Below are positions 1 to 13,363 of a stretch of DNA of 64,000 nucleotides, one piece after another; positions within the stretch are counted from its first letter, which is position 1; each line of letters opens with the position of its first letter. Made by a program: the position numbers and the translations under genes. The notes under the pieces are model-generated. The model saw only the letters and a program-made list of their open reading frames with translations. It did not search any database and had not been told where the DNA came from. The DNA is from Utricularia gibba. Lineage: Eukaryota > Plantae > Magnoliophyta. The stretch spans positions 4,278,001 to 4,342,000 of the forward strand of contig CM007991.1 of assembly GCA_002189035.1 (NCBI GenBank), read 5' to 3'.

Positions 1-410
1 ATCGATGACAATTCTTTTGTCCTCTCAATCGTCAAAGGGGGAACCACATAAAGCTATTCTCGTGCCTCCTTGTCAATCAAAGTATAAGGGAAAGTAGGCT
101 ATTCCTTGCTCCTATACCAAGCTATTCAAAAGGAATTAGTGAAAGTCGAGGCAAAGATAGCCAAAAGGAAAAAACGGAGTCCATTTTTCAAGAACTGCAA
201 TCCTTAATCAAGGTCCATTACTTAGGTTTTAATTTTTATTTTTGTACTTCAAAAATCTTCTTTTACAAATCCATGACAATTTGTGAAAGTTTTCTACAAA
301 ACACTTTTCGCAAAACTCAACTCCTTGAGATTGATACTCGTACTACGCTCTTTTGTTTTTTATGTTTTATATATTTAAAATTTGTTGAGAAAACGACACG
401 CAACACAACA
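1..410 (+). mobile_element. LTR-like repeat fragment (3' part of a Ty3/gypsy-type LTR, cut by window edge); homologous to inverted copy at ~5820-6240
   Basis: ORF 273..458(+) TICESFLQNTFRKTQLLEIDTRTTLFCFLCFIYLKFVEKTT aligns with ORF 5792..6289(-) TICESFLLNAFLKTQLPEIDTHTTLFCVLCFIYLKFVKETT, showing nucleotide homology in opposite orientation; ends ...acacaaCA at 410. LTR nature is inferred. Confidence 0.55.
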
Positions 411-1770
411 TGTACCAAAGAAAGGCTAAAAACACAAAAGAGGGCCCCGGATCATTGAACTTATGAAGTAAATTGGAAGAGTTGGCCCGAACACTAAATT
501 CAACAGCTTAAACCTCTTTCAATCACAACAGCTATTAAATCTATTTAACTATGAAGGAAGAAAAAATTTCTTGATAGAGATGTGATACATAATAAAACTC
601 TACCTTAGTCTGATTTATTTATGATTAATATAGCTAAAATCGATTGCTCTATTTGAATCTACGAATTGGACAACACAACATTATTTACTTGATGAATATA
701 TGTGAGTTGCTCCCTTGTTCATAAATATATATTTTTTGGAGTGAATTTTCTTGACTCACGACATTATGAAAATATATTATTAATTTTCTGGATACATCCA
801 AGTTGCATATTGCTGGTAATGGGGTATAAACCCAATAATTATGCCTATGGCGGATGAAAAGCAGAATGTGTGCATAGAGTTCATTAACCTAAATAAAGCA
901 TGTGAGCATGATCCTTATTCCTTGTCTCACATTTGTATCCTAGTAGATGTCGCTAGCCAAGAGTAAAAAGGTAAAGAAAATTTGAAACCTTAGATAGGTG
1001 ATTAAATCAATCCAAAATAAATAACTAGATTATGTACCAAAATTAATTCTAAGATCAAAAGTACATCTGATTGGAAAAATATGATTAAAAACATATTAAA
1101 ATCTAGATGATCAAATTCAAATGCGAAAATATATATAGTAAAATTCTATGTTCAGACATAAAATAAAAAATAACAATCAACTAAAGTTTTTACTTCTAAT
1201 TCTCCTCCAATAGTATCTCATATACAAACTTTGTACCCTTTCATAGAAGAACCAAAAGATATGGAACAAAGAAGGAGAATTTACGACTAAGTGCTTTAAA
1301 TAATATTAGTAAATATATTGAATAGATGTATTTTCGGATAAATAATATTTACATCACAAAATGCTTCAGAAGTATTTGCATTCAGTACACTACAATATTC
1401 ATCTTTAATACTAGAAGCATATGCTAAACACTGGGATAGCTAAAATATCTTTGATGATATTGTAACATTTTTAAAAAGTAAATAAATAAATTAAATAAAA
1501 TTCAATAAAATTTTTTGAATTTTTCCCTTTTGTGATAAAAAAATCTAATTATTAGTACTTGTAAAATTCCTTGCTTGACAACTAGAAATAACATATTGGT
1601 GATAAATTGAGTTCAATTTTTGTTTTATCTCTATACTTCCCAAATTGATGTAATTGAAATATCGAAAAACACCATTACACATAATAAAATTCCTATCTTA
1701 AATCAAATGAAATTGAAATTCCAACTTCAAATATTTATTTGCTGCAAGTAACTTAAAACATACTTCATAC

Positions 1771-2902
1771 TGATAAGTGATTTTGTGTCGTTCCAAAACA
1801 TGTTCTTCTATTAATCTTGAGTGTTGTTTTTACTTATCTTAGACTTCATTTTCTCATTATTTTCAATTGATTTCGTATATTTCACACTACTTTGATCTTT
1901 TTGGAGAGAGTGTATTTTGTAGATTTTTGGGATACTTTTGGATCAATTTGTGGAGAAATCAAGACCCACCAAATTATGGACTTGATGGGCTTCGAATCTC
2001 AGCCCAAGACTCGATCAAACGATGAAGATTTGGTCCAAGATTTGTGGATAAGATAGAGATATGAAGAAGATCTTTGAAGATTTGGATAGCAGATCTTATC
2101 CAAACCCAACGAATAAGCTCAATACGAAGACTTGGATTTAATCTCCTATAAATACCCCACTCTTTCGATCATTAGAGACGTCTTTGACCACTTTTCCTTT
2201 GTACTTTTCCTATTTTCGTGTCTATTTTCATGTTAGAGTTAAGTCTGCACGTGTAGGCGCTTGCTGCTGAGAATTTACGGTAAAGCCTTACTTGCGCAAG
2301 TTCTGCACATATGACTGTTTTACTATGTTTTTCGACATGTAAATTGTGGTTTGATTCTGTTTTTTGCAACGTTTTCTTTACCAACGTGCTCTTCAATATC
2401 ACATAACCCGAAGGGAGTGTGAGAGAATCAAAGGTTGGCCTCAATCACCTAAGGAGAATGGCTCAATCGAACATCGTTGGTAAGGCACATTCTGTCTAAT
2501 CTGTATGCGAGATGTGAGGTGTAGGAGTTAGATTTGGGTATGGGGAAAACATGGGTCACAAGAGGTGAAATGGCTCTGGTGGCGTGGTTGATTCCATAAT
2601 CCCACAAAACAAGAGACGGTGCTATAACGGTCATCGAGTAGCACTACTTTAGAATAACACTCCCAGAGCTTGTGCAAGTAGGTTAGTCTTCAAGGTTTGC
2701 ACACATGCAAGGATGAGTTTCAAGTAAGGTAGATCTTTGATCCAATGCCGCTTTTCTTATTGTTTTCAAAACCCAATCTTTCTTTTGTTTTCAGTTTTTT
2801 TAAGTCTTTGTTTTGAAAAGAAAATTCCAATAACTATTCCCTATAGATACAATCTTATTTTATTAATTCGACGGTTTCTGTGCATTTGCAGAATCACCAT
2901 CA
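1771..2902 (+). mobile_element. Solo LTR (~1.13 kb, probably Ty3/gypsy Athila-like)
   Basis: Starts TGATAAG, ends CCATCA; perfect TSD CATAC (1766-1770 / 2903-2907); internal TATA (ctataaata ~2145); no adjacent PBS or PPT. Confidence 0.8.
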
Positions 2903-3849
2903 CATACTTAACAAGAACCTTAACCACCAATTCCTATAATCTTTCTTGATTGAATGTTTCATTTCTCATACAAAATGAAGTGTCTTTTCTATTAAAAAAT
3001 ACACGTTAAGCATTTATCATAGTGATTTCTTAAGTTCTTTATTTTATTTTTAATAGTGGTTTGATGTATTTTTCCAGAAAATTTACATTTAAGTTTATTT
3101 ACAAAATGTATTTTAGAATTTACTACACTCTTACCTGAAAAATTCTTAGAATAATCTTTTGCAACTAGACGCTTGTAGGCGTCTAGAAAGAATCGTCCCT
3201 CTTCAGGGAAAAAGTTGTTGTTTAAAGGAAGGAAAAAAAATGTAATCTAGCCACTAACGTTGACTTTGATTATTGATTTGATATTTTTATTTGTTTAATA
3301 AAACTATCTAAAATATAAAATTATAAATGAATAATATTTAATAATTATTTAGATATTATCATAAATAAAAAGCAAATGAATCAAATCAGACAAATTCCAA
3401 ATCAAATTCATTACAAATAATAAATGATATAATTCACATTTAATCAAATTGAGTGTGTTGGAGTGGATCATTTGATTCATTCATCGAATTTTTTACCTAG
3501 CGATATGATTGTTAAGTGTTGGGATGATGATTTTATGCACGTTCAATACTTGATCAAATGCTTCACCACCCGATTGTAAGGCCTAAGGCTTGGTAATCGT
3601 GACCCACATCGGTTATGAATGGGGGAGAGGATGATGTTACGTAGAATGACCACACAATACTTGCATGAGCTCTTTTTTTTTCTAGAAGAAAAGAACATAA
3701 AACCGTGAAAATTAGGTATCCAAAACAGATAATATCATGCAAGATGGGAGTGGGTCGTGACACCCTATAGCATCATGGTGGTTCATGGTGTGAAGTTAAG
3801 ACTTATGATATTTGAAAACTGATGACTGGACAATGATCTGATTCGTACA

Positions 3850-4050
3850 TGATATCATCTTGAAACCCCACATGATATGGCAAAGAGTATATGGCATTCT
3901 TTTGTGAGATCTTTATTTGATGTGTAAGATTGAAAACTCGTAAATACAAGTGCATATTTATTCGCAGCTGATGACCTCACTCACATCTTAGTGAAAGTTG
4001 TGAGTCCGATGAACTTTTGTTGGAAGCATATCTATTGAAGTTGAAGTAAA
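3850..4050 (+). mobile_element. Degraded Ty1/copia RNase H C-terminal fragment
   Basis: Broken frames give KIENS*IQVHIY / DDLTHILVKVVS, resembling copia (E)DQLADILTKA. Confidence 0.35.
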
Positions 4051-5819
4051 TGAGTTCATGATTCAAAAAGTTTACGATCAGAGAAGTTTTCCATCAGTAG
4101 AATTAGCTCACTAATATCTTATCAAACAGGATTGCAGCCACTATAAACATCTAATTGAAAGAATTGTTGATTTTGGGATCCCTGATCCAAACGGAGGTGG
4201 GTAACCAAGGGAAGGAACACATTTGCGCATGTTATGATATGTATTACCCTAAATATGGTTTATCATATTTATGGATAGTATATATTTTATAATATGTATG
4301 GTACATTAGTCGAATTTTTCCATAATTATAATTATGAACATCATGCATATGCATTATGATCAATGAGAGACCATCGTTTCCTCTTCATTACTCTTATTAC
4401 ATTCTTCATGGTATCGGAATAGTAACAATCTACTATGTTGCTTGAACCAACTATTCTTTTGTTGAATAGCCTTCTTGTATGTCTTTGGCTCCTCCTTGTT
4501 CGTTTCAAATCGTTGCAATTTCCACAATTATGTGGCATGGTCGAAAATTGCTTGTATAGCATTAGGCGGGTGAGATTGCCTCAGCCACATTGATGGCACA
4601 ACAAGTCCGCCAGCCTTGCCCATCTAAACCATTGCTATGGACACCATTGCACTTAGAAAATGTGAGTCAACCAAGAAGTATCATAGATGGCAATGACAAG
4701 ATTTAGGTTATGTCATTCATCTTGAATTTTATGGAAAATGATCTTTTTGAGGCTTTCGTCTATGAAAACATTGCACTAGAATTATGAGAAGTCATTGAAT
4801 TCCATTTTAGGGCTTTAGTAGAACCTCAGATATTTTTTGTTAATTTCATGAAATGCTGATTTACAAATTTGGCTCTCTGCTTTTTAGTTTAGAAGTCATT
4901 GAAGGATTTTCTTAATTTCCTTAGATTAGGAACCTACTTACAAATATAATCATCAATTAATCTCACTTACGTATAAGACTAACAACTGAAAACCCTTTGC
5001 TCTTTATGTATCAACTAGGACTTACTATTTCGCTCAAGAACCAAATTATTGTTTCTTGTTTTGGTCATTTTACTCACTTTTGAATGACATAAATGCAATG
5101 CCCAACACTTTCATGATCTTGAAAGATGCCTCTACTGCCAAGGCACCTATTATCAACCCCTTCCACCTTGTTGAGGGACACGACCAATGTTTGAAGTTAC
5201 TTGGATGTCAAGATGGTTCCAAATGCCGCAACATAAATATGGCTGATACTCTTGGTGCACTACCACCTAACTTTATTGCTCTTGTTCACTTTTTACAGAC
5301 TCAAATACTAGGCAAATCCTACATTCGAGAACATCTACACAAAATAATGACACTGCAAACAATACACACTCTACATGAATGAATTCTAATATTTCTCATA
5401 ATTTTGGAACTGATTGAATCTTAGTCTCTTGTGCTATATCCCATATATATGGTCCAAAAATTACTCTAGGTGATTCTAAGCAGTCTAATTCACATTTGAA
5501 AGTTTTTCAACAACTCGTATTTTAAACTTTCGCCTATAGTTAGGCCTCATAGTGGCAAATGTTCTTCAAGTTCCTAGGTTTCTTGTGAATTTGACTACAA
5601 TTAATCATATCATTAAAAGGAACAACTTATGGGCTGTTATCAATATAATGAATGTTTTTTACATGACCAGAAAAGTGACAAAGTGTTAGGTAGAGGATAT
5701 GTGCACAATGGCTTATATCACCTGCCTGATCCATAGCTTGAAGCACAATCACCAACATCTTCTTTCACTTCTACCTTTGTTTCAAAATAATCTATTGATT
5801 TGAAAACTTGGAACTATTA

Positions 5820-6431
5820 TGTGTCGTTTCCTTAACAAATTTTAAATATATAAAACATAAAACACAAAAGAGCGTAGTATGAGTATCGATCTCAGGGAGT
5901 TGAGTTTTGAGAAAAGCGTTTAGTAGAAAACTTTCACAAATTGTCACAGATTTGTAACAGAGGGTTTTTAAAATACAAGAATAAAAGTTACAACCTAAGT
6001 AATGGACTTTGACTAAGGATTGCAGTTCTTGGGAATGAGATTTCACTTCCTTCTTTTGTCTCTCCTCGCCTCGACTTTCATTGACTCCTTCCGAATAGTT
6101 GGTTATAGGAGTAAGGAATAACCTACTCTCCCTTACACTCTGATTTGATAAGGGGATACGAGAATAGTTTGATGTGATTCCCCCTTGGACGATCAAGAAG
6201 ACAAGAGGATTGTCGTCGATTGCCTTCAAAACCGAGTTGTGCGCGTGTGCCCTGTTGTTGCCAATAACCAGTGGTAGGCACGAGGTCACTACCTATCCAC
6301 TGTTGCAGTATCTCGGCCACAAAAAAATCGCTACTTCCCTCGAACCGGTAGGGTTGGAGTTGGTGCTCTTCACCTTGCTCTTCATCAAAACCCACGAGGA
6401 GTGGCCTACTACTCATGGACTGTGACTAACA
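5820..6431 (-). mobile_element. LTR-like segment (TG...CA), inverted homolog of 1-410
   Basis: Begins tgtgtcg (5820), ends ctaaca (6431); homologous to 1-410 in reverse; no TSD found. Confidence 0.5.
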
Positions 6432-6629
6432 TTCGTTATAGAAAAATTGCAACAAGATGCGTGGAAGTATGTAAAATCCAAAATGAATTCAACGAAGAAC
6501 CAAATTTTGGGCTCAAGACTTGGAAGGAAGTTTCATCTACTCCTAGAAACTAAAGGATTTTAGTTACAAAGGGGCATGGAAACAAAAACAAAAATGGAAG
6601 TTAAGTGTTCTTCCTCCTTGAAGGGGGAG

Positions 6630-7817
6630 TGATAACACCGTTTTTATTATGTTTTATATATGTTTTTAAATGTGTTTTATAGAGTTAAATGTTGCTTAGT
6701 GTGCTAAAATGTCTTCTTTTTCATATTTAGACTGTTGAAATGTGTTTATTGTGAAACAGACTCAATTGGCAACAATTGGGCCGAAAACTCTAAAATTTCA
6801 TCTAGTCTGTGTTTTAAGTCATACCAGAGTAAGAACTAGTACTGTAGCAGTGCACTTTCCGCGTTGACAAGTCAAAGGAGACAGAAAAGCTTTGCAAAAG
6901 TCACTTTCTGCCAAAAGTAGTTGCCCTTCTAAAAAGATAAGATTTGGAGCAGAAATCTCTCTTCTAGAAGCCTGAGGAAAAGACGAAGCTACCCTTACTT
7001 TTGAGTTGCAAAAGGGAAAAGGAAGGGAGAGAGAAAAGAAGACAGATTGTGCACGCAAAGTGCACAGACTGCGAACAGTAGGAGGAGCGGGAGCGAGGAG
7101 AACTTCAATTCTCCGGTGACCTCCAGATCTACACTTTTACACCGTCTTCCAGCCCAGAAGTTCGATTTCCAGCAGATCTATGACCGAGAGCAACCGCTGA
7201 ACACTTTATTTTCCATTTTTTGCATTTCGTTTCCATTGACAAACTAGCTACTGTTTCCTTTTACGTTTTTATGCTTTTTGTTATGTTCTTGCACCTTGTT
7301 GTGAACGATAAATCCTCCATAGACCTTATTTCTGTTTATGAACATGTTGTTGCTTATCCTTTTCTTGCTTGGTTCTAAGTTTAACACGCTTTCTACTGTT
7401 CGTGCGAACATTTTCCCTGTTTTTAAGCGTTTTAAAGCTTGGTTTAAGCCTATGGGCTCTCTTAAGTGACACAAGAGCTAGATCCTGGTCTAAAATCCAA
7501 TAAAATCACTTTTATTTTATGTTTCCTATGCATTCACATTAATTTCAGTGTCTCTTCATCCCTGCAACTCGTTTCTTTCAGTCACTGTTATTTTATGTTT
7601 TACCCGCGTTAGAACTAAACCCCAGAAAACCCCCCTATTTACAGTAAATGTAATAAACTTTAGGAAATTGCAACCATTTCTTGTGGATTTGACCCTTATT
7701 TGCCCCACTACATTAATTACTGTGATTTGTGTAATAGATAGCTAGGTTTATAAATTTTTTTTGGTGCATTGAATGTGCTAGATCACGACATTTAGCAACC
7801 CATTCCAACGTTCATCA
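6630..7817 (+). mobile_element. Solo LTR (~1.19 kb), same family as 21841-22998
   Basis: TGATAAC...TTCATCA termini; perfect TSD GGGAG (6625-6629 / 7818-7822); collinear similarity with 21841-22998 over its length. Confidence 0.85.
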
Positions 7818-9547
7818 GGGAGGAAGAACTCAAAAGTTCTAAGTCTCAAAAGAAAATGTCAAAAGTCGAAAAGTCAAAAAATAAGTGTTTCAAGTTGCTT
7901 TTATATCACTCTCCATGTGCATTAACTCCTTTTGATCCTCTTTCCATCATTCTCTCTGTCTTGCATGGCCAACAACTTTACTTTGCGTGCGAGTTAGTCC
8001 CCAATTATTGTTGCAGACTTTGACATGCCGTAAGTCAGGGGTCTTGACTAGTGTCAGTCTTTTGTCCAAAATTGCTAAATTAACACCTAATAATACATAA
8101 TAGATAACTAGAAAATGACATTAACAGGCTTCATCGTTTTGCATGTGCTTCTATTTTAATTTTATACAGTATTGCTTTTTGTATACATTAAAAGTCCATG
8201 ATTCTATATGCCACATTTGTCGTTTAGGAAAGTAGACTTGATTACCTTTTCTGAAAAATTCTAAGAGGTCTTCACAATCTTTTGATTTAATACAATTATT
8301 GCATACTCTCTCAAAATAGAGCAAGATATTTTCTTAATTATTGTTAACTATTCTCAAGCAATCTGGATTCCAACAAGTCTCATGTCATCGATAGAATTAT
8401 GGATTTCATTGCACTCATTAACAATCAATTTAATGCCACTATCAGATAGATTCGATCTAAAAATCGGCTTTAATTCATGAATTCTGCCTACTATACTATA
8501 TTTCCAATGTGTGGGATTTAGCATAACGTATATCTACTCACTCAGCACAACAAAATGATTGTGTTTTAAGAAAACATCATCATCTTGCTAAGTTAGCTCA
8601 GTCTATGCTCATTTATTTTGGCTTACCTCAGAATTTTTGGAAGATACATATCTTACAACAGCTTAGTTGATCTATCGGCTTCCATTTTCAACTAATTCAA
8701 TGAAGACTTCTTATGAGCTTCTTTTCCATGAAACTTCAGAGTGTGCTCATTTGCATGTTTTTGGATATCTAACCTATGTTATAGATACCATGACTTATAA
8801 GGATAAGTTTGCCTCAAGAACTATACGAGTACTTTTCTTGGAACACACAATAACATCTTGAAACTATCGATTGTTGAATCTACATATAAAAAAAGGTCTA
8901 CATCTCTCATGATGTATTTTTTTTTATTAAAGATTTCTTTCCCTTTCGCAATTCTAAGGATTCTTGGGACGTATCTTTGCCATACATTTTAACAAAGCCT
9001 CAACAGATCATATTCTGGAAGGCTACCTTCATGATTCCATGTTTCCTTCTATTGCAGATACACTAGGGTACCTTCTGTCTTATGATGCAAATACTTTTAA
9101 TGACAACAATTCTCACGATGTCTTTAATGAAGGTGATCATGTTACCAATTATTCATAGACTCTCCAACTACTACTATAGAGATTTAACAGTTGGGAAGGT
9201 CTAATAAGATTCAATGCGCTCCTTCCTAGATGGTTGATTATTTTGTGAATCTTCTTTTTTTAGTGGTCAATTGATATCTTAGAAGGCTAAGAAGTAGCCT
9301 AAAGTATTGAGATCCTCCCCTAAGGTAGAATATAGACGTATGATATGTGTTATACGATTTTCGATGTCCTGTGTAAACACCCATCGAGTTTCTTTGTGAC
9401 AACAAATCATCCATCCACATCACACAATCCAATATCAAATGAAAGATTGAAACATTTGGACTTAGACTATCATGTTCCACTTAAGGTTCATTTGGCAGAG
9501 ATCTTAATATAAGGCTTTGCTAAATAATTATTTCCAAACCTTGTTGC

Positions 9548-11002
9548 TGTTAGTGTATGTGTTCTAGAAACAATCAACTCATTGGCAAATCTTATTTTTT
9601 GATATTTACTTTGAATTGTGATCAAATTTATTTCATTGATAAAATCCTCTACTTAATTTATGTGCTATAGAAATTATGATGAGATCATAATGTGAGATTC
9701 TTCAAGCATTTATGTTCAGGTTAAAAACTCTCTGGTTAGAGTATTTGTGAAATGAGAATATCACAAATACGGATAAGTTGGCACACATTGAGTTCCCTTA
9801 ACTGTTTAGACAATAGTTCTCACAATTGATGTAATTAGATTACTAGAACCTATGTGTGGGTGTCGATTAGAGAATCGATTCACTCGATGACTCATCTTCG
9901 AGATGCTATTATGGGAAGTTAACCAAGTGTCAGTAGCAAGATCTCGAATATGACAGCCATGCAAGTAAACATAGACTTGAGGTCAACAAAGTTATCTTGA
10001 TCTTAAGCTCACATTTTCGCTCATTACTAATGAGAGCTTAACCATGGCTTGCCTAGTATGGATGAGTAGGGATGTGACTCCTTAAGATTGGAGATAGTTG
10101 ATCAATAAAGGATTCATCACTCATATTAGCGATGAGGTCATATCTCAAGTAATTGCATCAAAGTCTAACAGTAAGTCCTGGGCCCAGGGTAATGACACTC
10201 GAATTGTTTGAGTAGGTTATTGAGTGTTAGTGCTTGAATGCAATTATAAGTTTGATACACCAGAAAGACACACACCCATGTTCTGGAATCGAATGAGATA
10301 TAAGTATGATGAAAGCTGTTCATTGCATGGTGGCTGGTCATGGAATGGCTGAATCAGATCACCTGATTATTCTTTAATCTTAGGGATCATGATATGTTGC
10401 TAGACATCACTCATGATCGATAATGATGGATTTGATTAATTAAAAGTTAAGTAATAAATTCATTATTACGGCCTTGATTGAAGAAGCCTATAGGGTCACA
10501 AACAATAGTGGAGTCACTCATCGATATAAAATAGAATGACACAATTACATCAATTACATGAGATGTAATTGGTAAGGTGGATAAATTAAATAGAGAGTTA
10601 TGTTGAGATTAATATTGATTAAACTCAAAATAAAAGATCTCATATAGATATGATTTGATATGTCACAAAAGATTTATAAAAAAGATTTAGATCTTGAAAT
10701 CTGCTCCAAGGTCTTCGTGCTCTCTGAGACTGATCCACAAGGACGTTTTTCTCTACTAGCACCTGAGAAATTCGACCAGGATTCAAGAGCCTTGAGAAGG
10801 TTATCAACGGAGTTCTCCACGTGTGGATATCATAGAGACCATCTGCTATTGGCAGTTGGTGAACAACGGAGTCATGTGAAAGGTATTTTGAACATTCCTT
10901 CGTCTAACGTATACCGTATTCCAAGATCTGCATTTGGGGTTTCTTAAAATTTTTAAAATTCCGCTGCTTTTGAGACATACGATGTATATGAGAAACCCAA
11001 CA
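9548..11002 (+). mobile_element. Solo LTR (~1.46 kb) of a copia family (Angela-like size); same family as 25977-27463
   Basis: TGTTAG...CCCAACA termini; TSD GTTGC / GTTAC (4 of 5 match); roughly 85% identical (estimate from the first ~200 bp) to reverse complement of 25977-27463, which carries PBS and gag. Confidence 0.85.
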
Positions 11003-11147
11003 GTTACAACACTTACAATTGGTGGATCTATGTACTTCTCTACAAGATGATACATCTTAGGGGAGATTATTATGATATGTATTATCATAAATATGGTTTA
11101 CCTTATTTATGGGTAGTTCATATATTAGATAGTACGTATAGTAGTTA

Positions 11148-11362
11148 GGCTGTGTTTCATAATAAGGATAACATGGGATATCCCAGCATCTCGGATAATA
11201 ATGATATGTTTGGTAATTGGGAATAATTTTTTCCGGGATACTTTTTTACTCTCTACAAAGCATAAAATTATCCTCATCAACACCCCTCCTTATTTTTATC
11301 CCTTCAACCCGGAGAAATCTATACCAGTATAATCTATACCAGTATAGCTATCAAACACGCCC
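11148..11362. mobile_element. Tourist-like (PIF/Harbinger) MITE, 215 bp
   Basis: TTA TSD both sides (11145-11147, 11363-11365); TIRs GGCTGTGTTTC / CAAACACGCCC (8 of 11 match); removing it rejoins an LTR sequence homologous to 4230-4330. Confidence 0.75.
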
Positions 11363-11558
11363 TTAGTATATATGGTATATTTCCATACTATATGATTTTT
11401 CCATAATAGTTAGGAATATTGCATATATAAATATGCAATTTGATTAAAAAAATATTATTGTTTCCTCTCTATTATTTTTATTTAATTCTTCAGCCTCTTC
11501 CTCAATCCTGAATCCACCAAAATTACTAAGGTTTCTTTTAGAATTTTAATATTCAAAT

Positions 11559-13363
11559 TGTGAAGAAGTTTCATAGAGAAGTTCATTATTTTCGTTTGGG
11601 AGTTTAGTGTTTGGCCCATTTGCAACACAAATTTTTAAATTAGGGTAGTACATCCTCTCATGTATCGGACAACTTTTTTTCTAGAAATCTTCTACACATT
11701 TACGTTCAATGCTTTTTTCATCTTCTCATGGTGCAGTGTGTGTAAAGTTCACCATCATCATTCCCTTTATTTTGGACGACACTAGAGGAAATAGCACTGG
11801 AAGAAACATGAAGGGTGTTTGCTTCTCTAACAAACATTGACACAAGAACCATTCTAGGGTGTGTACCTGAATCAAGTGCAATCAATAACTTTATCTACTC
11901 TATAGGTGATGCTTCTAGTTACAAAGTTGTTAATTGTTTGAAATTATGGAGATCGAAAACACGAAGTTGAATTGGCTTTGGTTAAAAAAAATAAATTGAG
12001 TTTCATTGATAGAAGCATCATTCTTCCAAATCAACTTATTCTTCTCATGGCAAGTAGTGTAGAGCTAATGCTTGTGAAATCTTGGTTTCTTAATTATATT
12101 TCTCGAGACTTAGTAAGTAGTTTTTAGAAGATAACTATTGCTAGAACCATTTGGGAAGCATTAGGTATACATTATTGACAAAGAAATATATATTAATCTA
12201 TAATTTGCAATGTACTACAACCATGATGAATCAAAAAGGCAAATCAATTGCAGAGTACTATACATAGTTGAGTATATTGTGAGATGCTATTGATGCTTAT
12301 TACTAGGGACTTTAGTGGTAAAAATCCCACTTGTTTACCTAGATGACATAAATGATCCTCAATATTTGGTTAAAATGACATATTTTGTCCCTAGTGGCAT
12401 AATTAATCACCATAGTTTTGTATATTAAGCATTTCTGGTCCCCCAGCATTTAAAATATTAGAACAAAATTAATCCTCATATTTTATAAATTAGATATTAT
12501 GCTTCCATACTATGTTCTGCTCAAATTCCTAATTTAAGACTGATGACGACCATTGATTCGTATTCCCCCAATGTACATTTTTCCTTAGGGCAGGTTACAA
12601 GTTGTTATCTTTCCTTCTCCATATGGTATGCACTGATTTTCAGTCTCATCACCACGTCTTTCGCTACCTCAAAGAAATTGAATCATTTTGACTATTATAC
12701 ACAATCTTAGGTTCAGGCATATTGTGATGCTAATTCGGGCACATGTCCTTAGACATGCCAATCAGTCATAGAATACTATATTTTTCTTGGGAAAAATCTT
12801 ATTTTCTCGAAAGCCAATGAACAAAATATAGTTGCTCGATCTTCAACAAAGACATATCGTGCAATGGGAACTATGAAAGTGGAATTGCTGTGCATTAGTT
12901 ATTTGATGAGGGACATGCAATAACATATTCGAGGTCCAATTACTCTTTTGACTGACAGTTAATCAGCCATCCACATCATAGAAAGTACGAGTTTTCATGA
13001 AAGAACTAAACATTTGGATATTGATCGCCATTTTTTTTGTGATCCGTATCTTGCTGGTTTTCTTCAACCATCATATGTTGGTTCTACATCTCAAGTCGTT
13101 GACATTCTGAGGAAACCTCGTGGAACACATACATTTTTATGTCTTCAAGCCAAAGTGGGACTCACATCATTCAAGGATTCCCAATTTGAGAGGGTGTGTG
13201 AAGAAGTTTCATAGAAATTCATTATTTTCGTTTGGACCTTTAGTGTTTTGTCCATTTGTAGCACAAATTTGTAAATTAGGATAGCAACACCTCTCATGTA
13301 TCAAACAATTTTTTTCTAGAAATCTGCTACACATTTGAGTTCAATCTTTTCTTTATATTCTCA
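11559..13363 (+). mobile_element. Internally deleted non-autonomous Ty1/copia derivative (1.8 kb) with ~170-bp LTRs
   Basis: LTRs 11559-11728 and 13197-13363 (TGTGAAG...TTCTCA); perfect TSD CAAAT; PPT ttgagagggtg before 3' LTR; decayed gag N-terminus (KNKL..IDRSI, SWFLNYIS, TIWEAL) and RNase H (AYCDAN, VARSSTK, ERTKHLDIDRHFF). Confidence 0.85.

Larger units (their letters stand above)
5400..11500 (+). mobile_element. Highly decayed Ty1/copia element hosting nested insertions (protease/pre-integrase ~5560-5730, integrase ~8370-8860, RNase H ~9380-9547, PPT ~11059-11065, 3' LTR from ~11069)
   Basis: NVLQVPRFLVNL and DQKSDKVLGRGYVHNGLYHL (5560-5730); IYRLPFST...LHVFGYLTYV...KDKFASR (ORF 8667..8861); CDNKSSIHITHNPISNERLKHLDLDYH (9380-9480); aggggag PPT followed by tattatgatatgtattatc, which matches tgttatgatatgtattacc at 4230. 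RT appears deleted. Confidence 0.6.

Noticed and set aside
1771-3019. Longer LTR ending at CATTTATCA (3019)
   Set aside because: No TSD at that end; the end at 2902 gives a perfect CATAC TSD.
5056-5382. 108-aa ORF as a gene
   Set aside because: Non-ATG start with no recognisable domain; the opposite strand weakly resembles decayed copia gag, so it is most likely TE debris.
6621-6629. AAGGGGGAG as the PPT of the LTR at 6630 (implying a 3' LTR of a full element)
   Set aside because: GGGAG is repeated at 7818-7822, so it is the TSD of a solo LTR inserted into a purine tract of older sequence.
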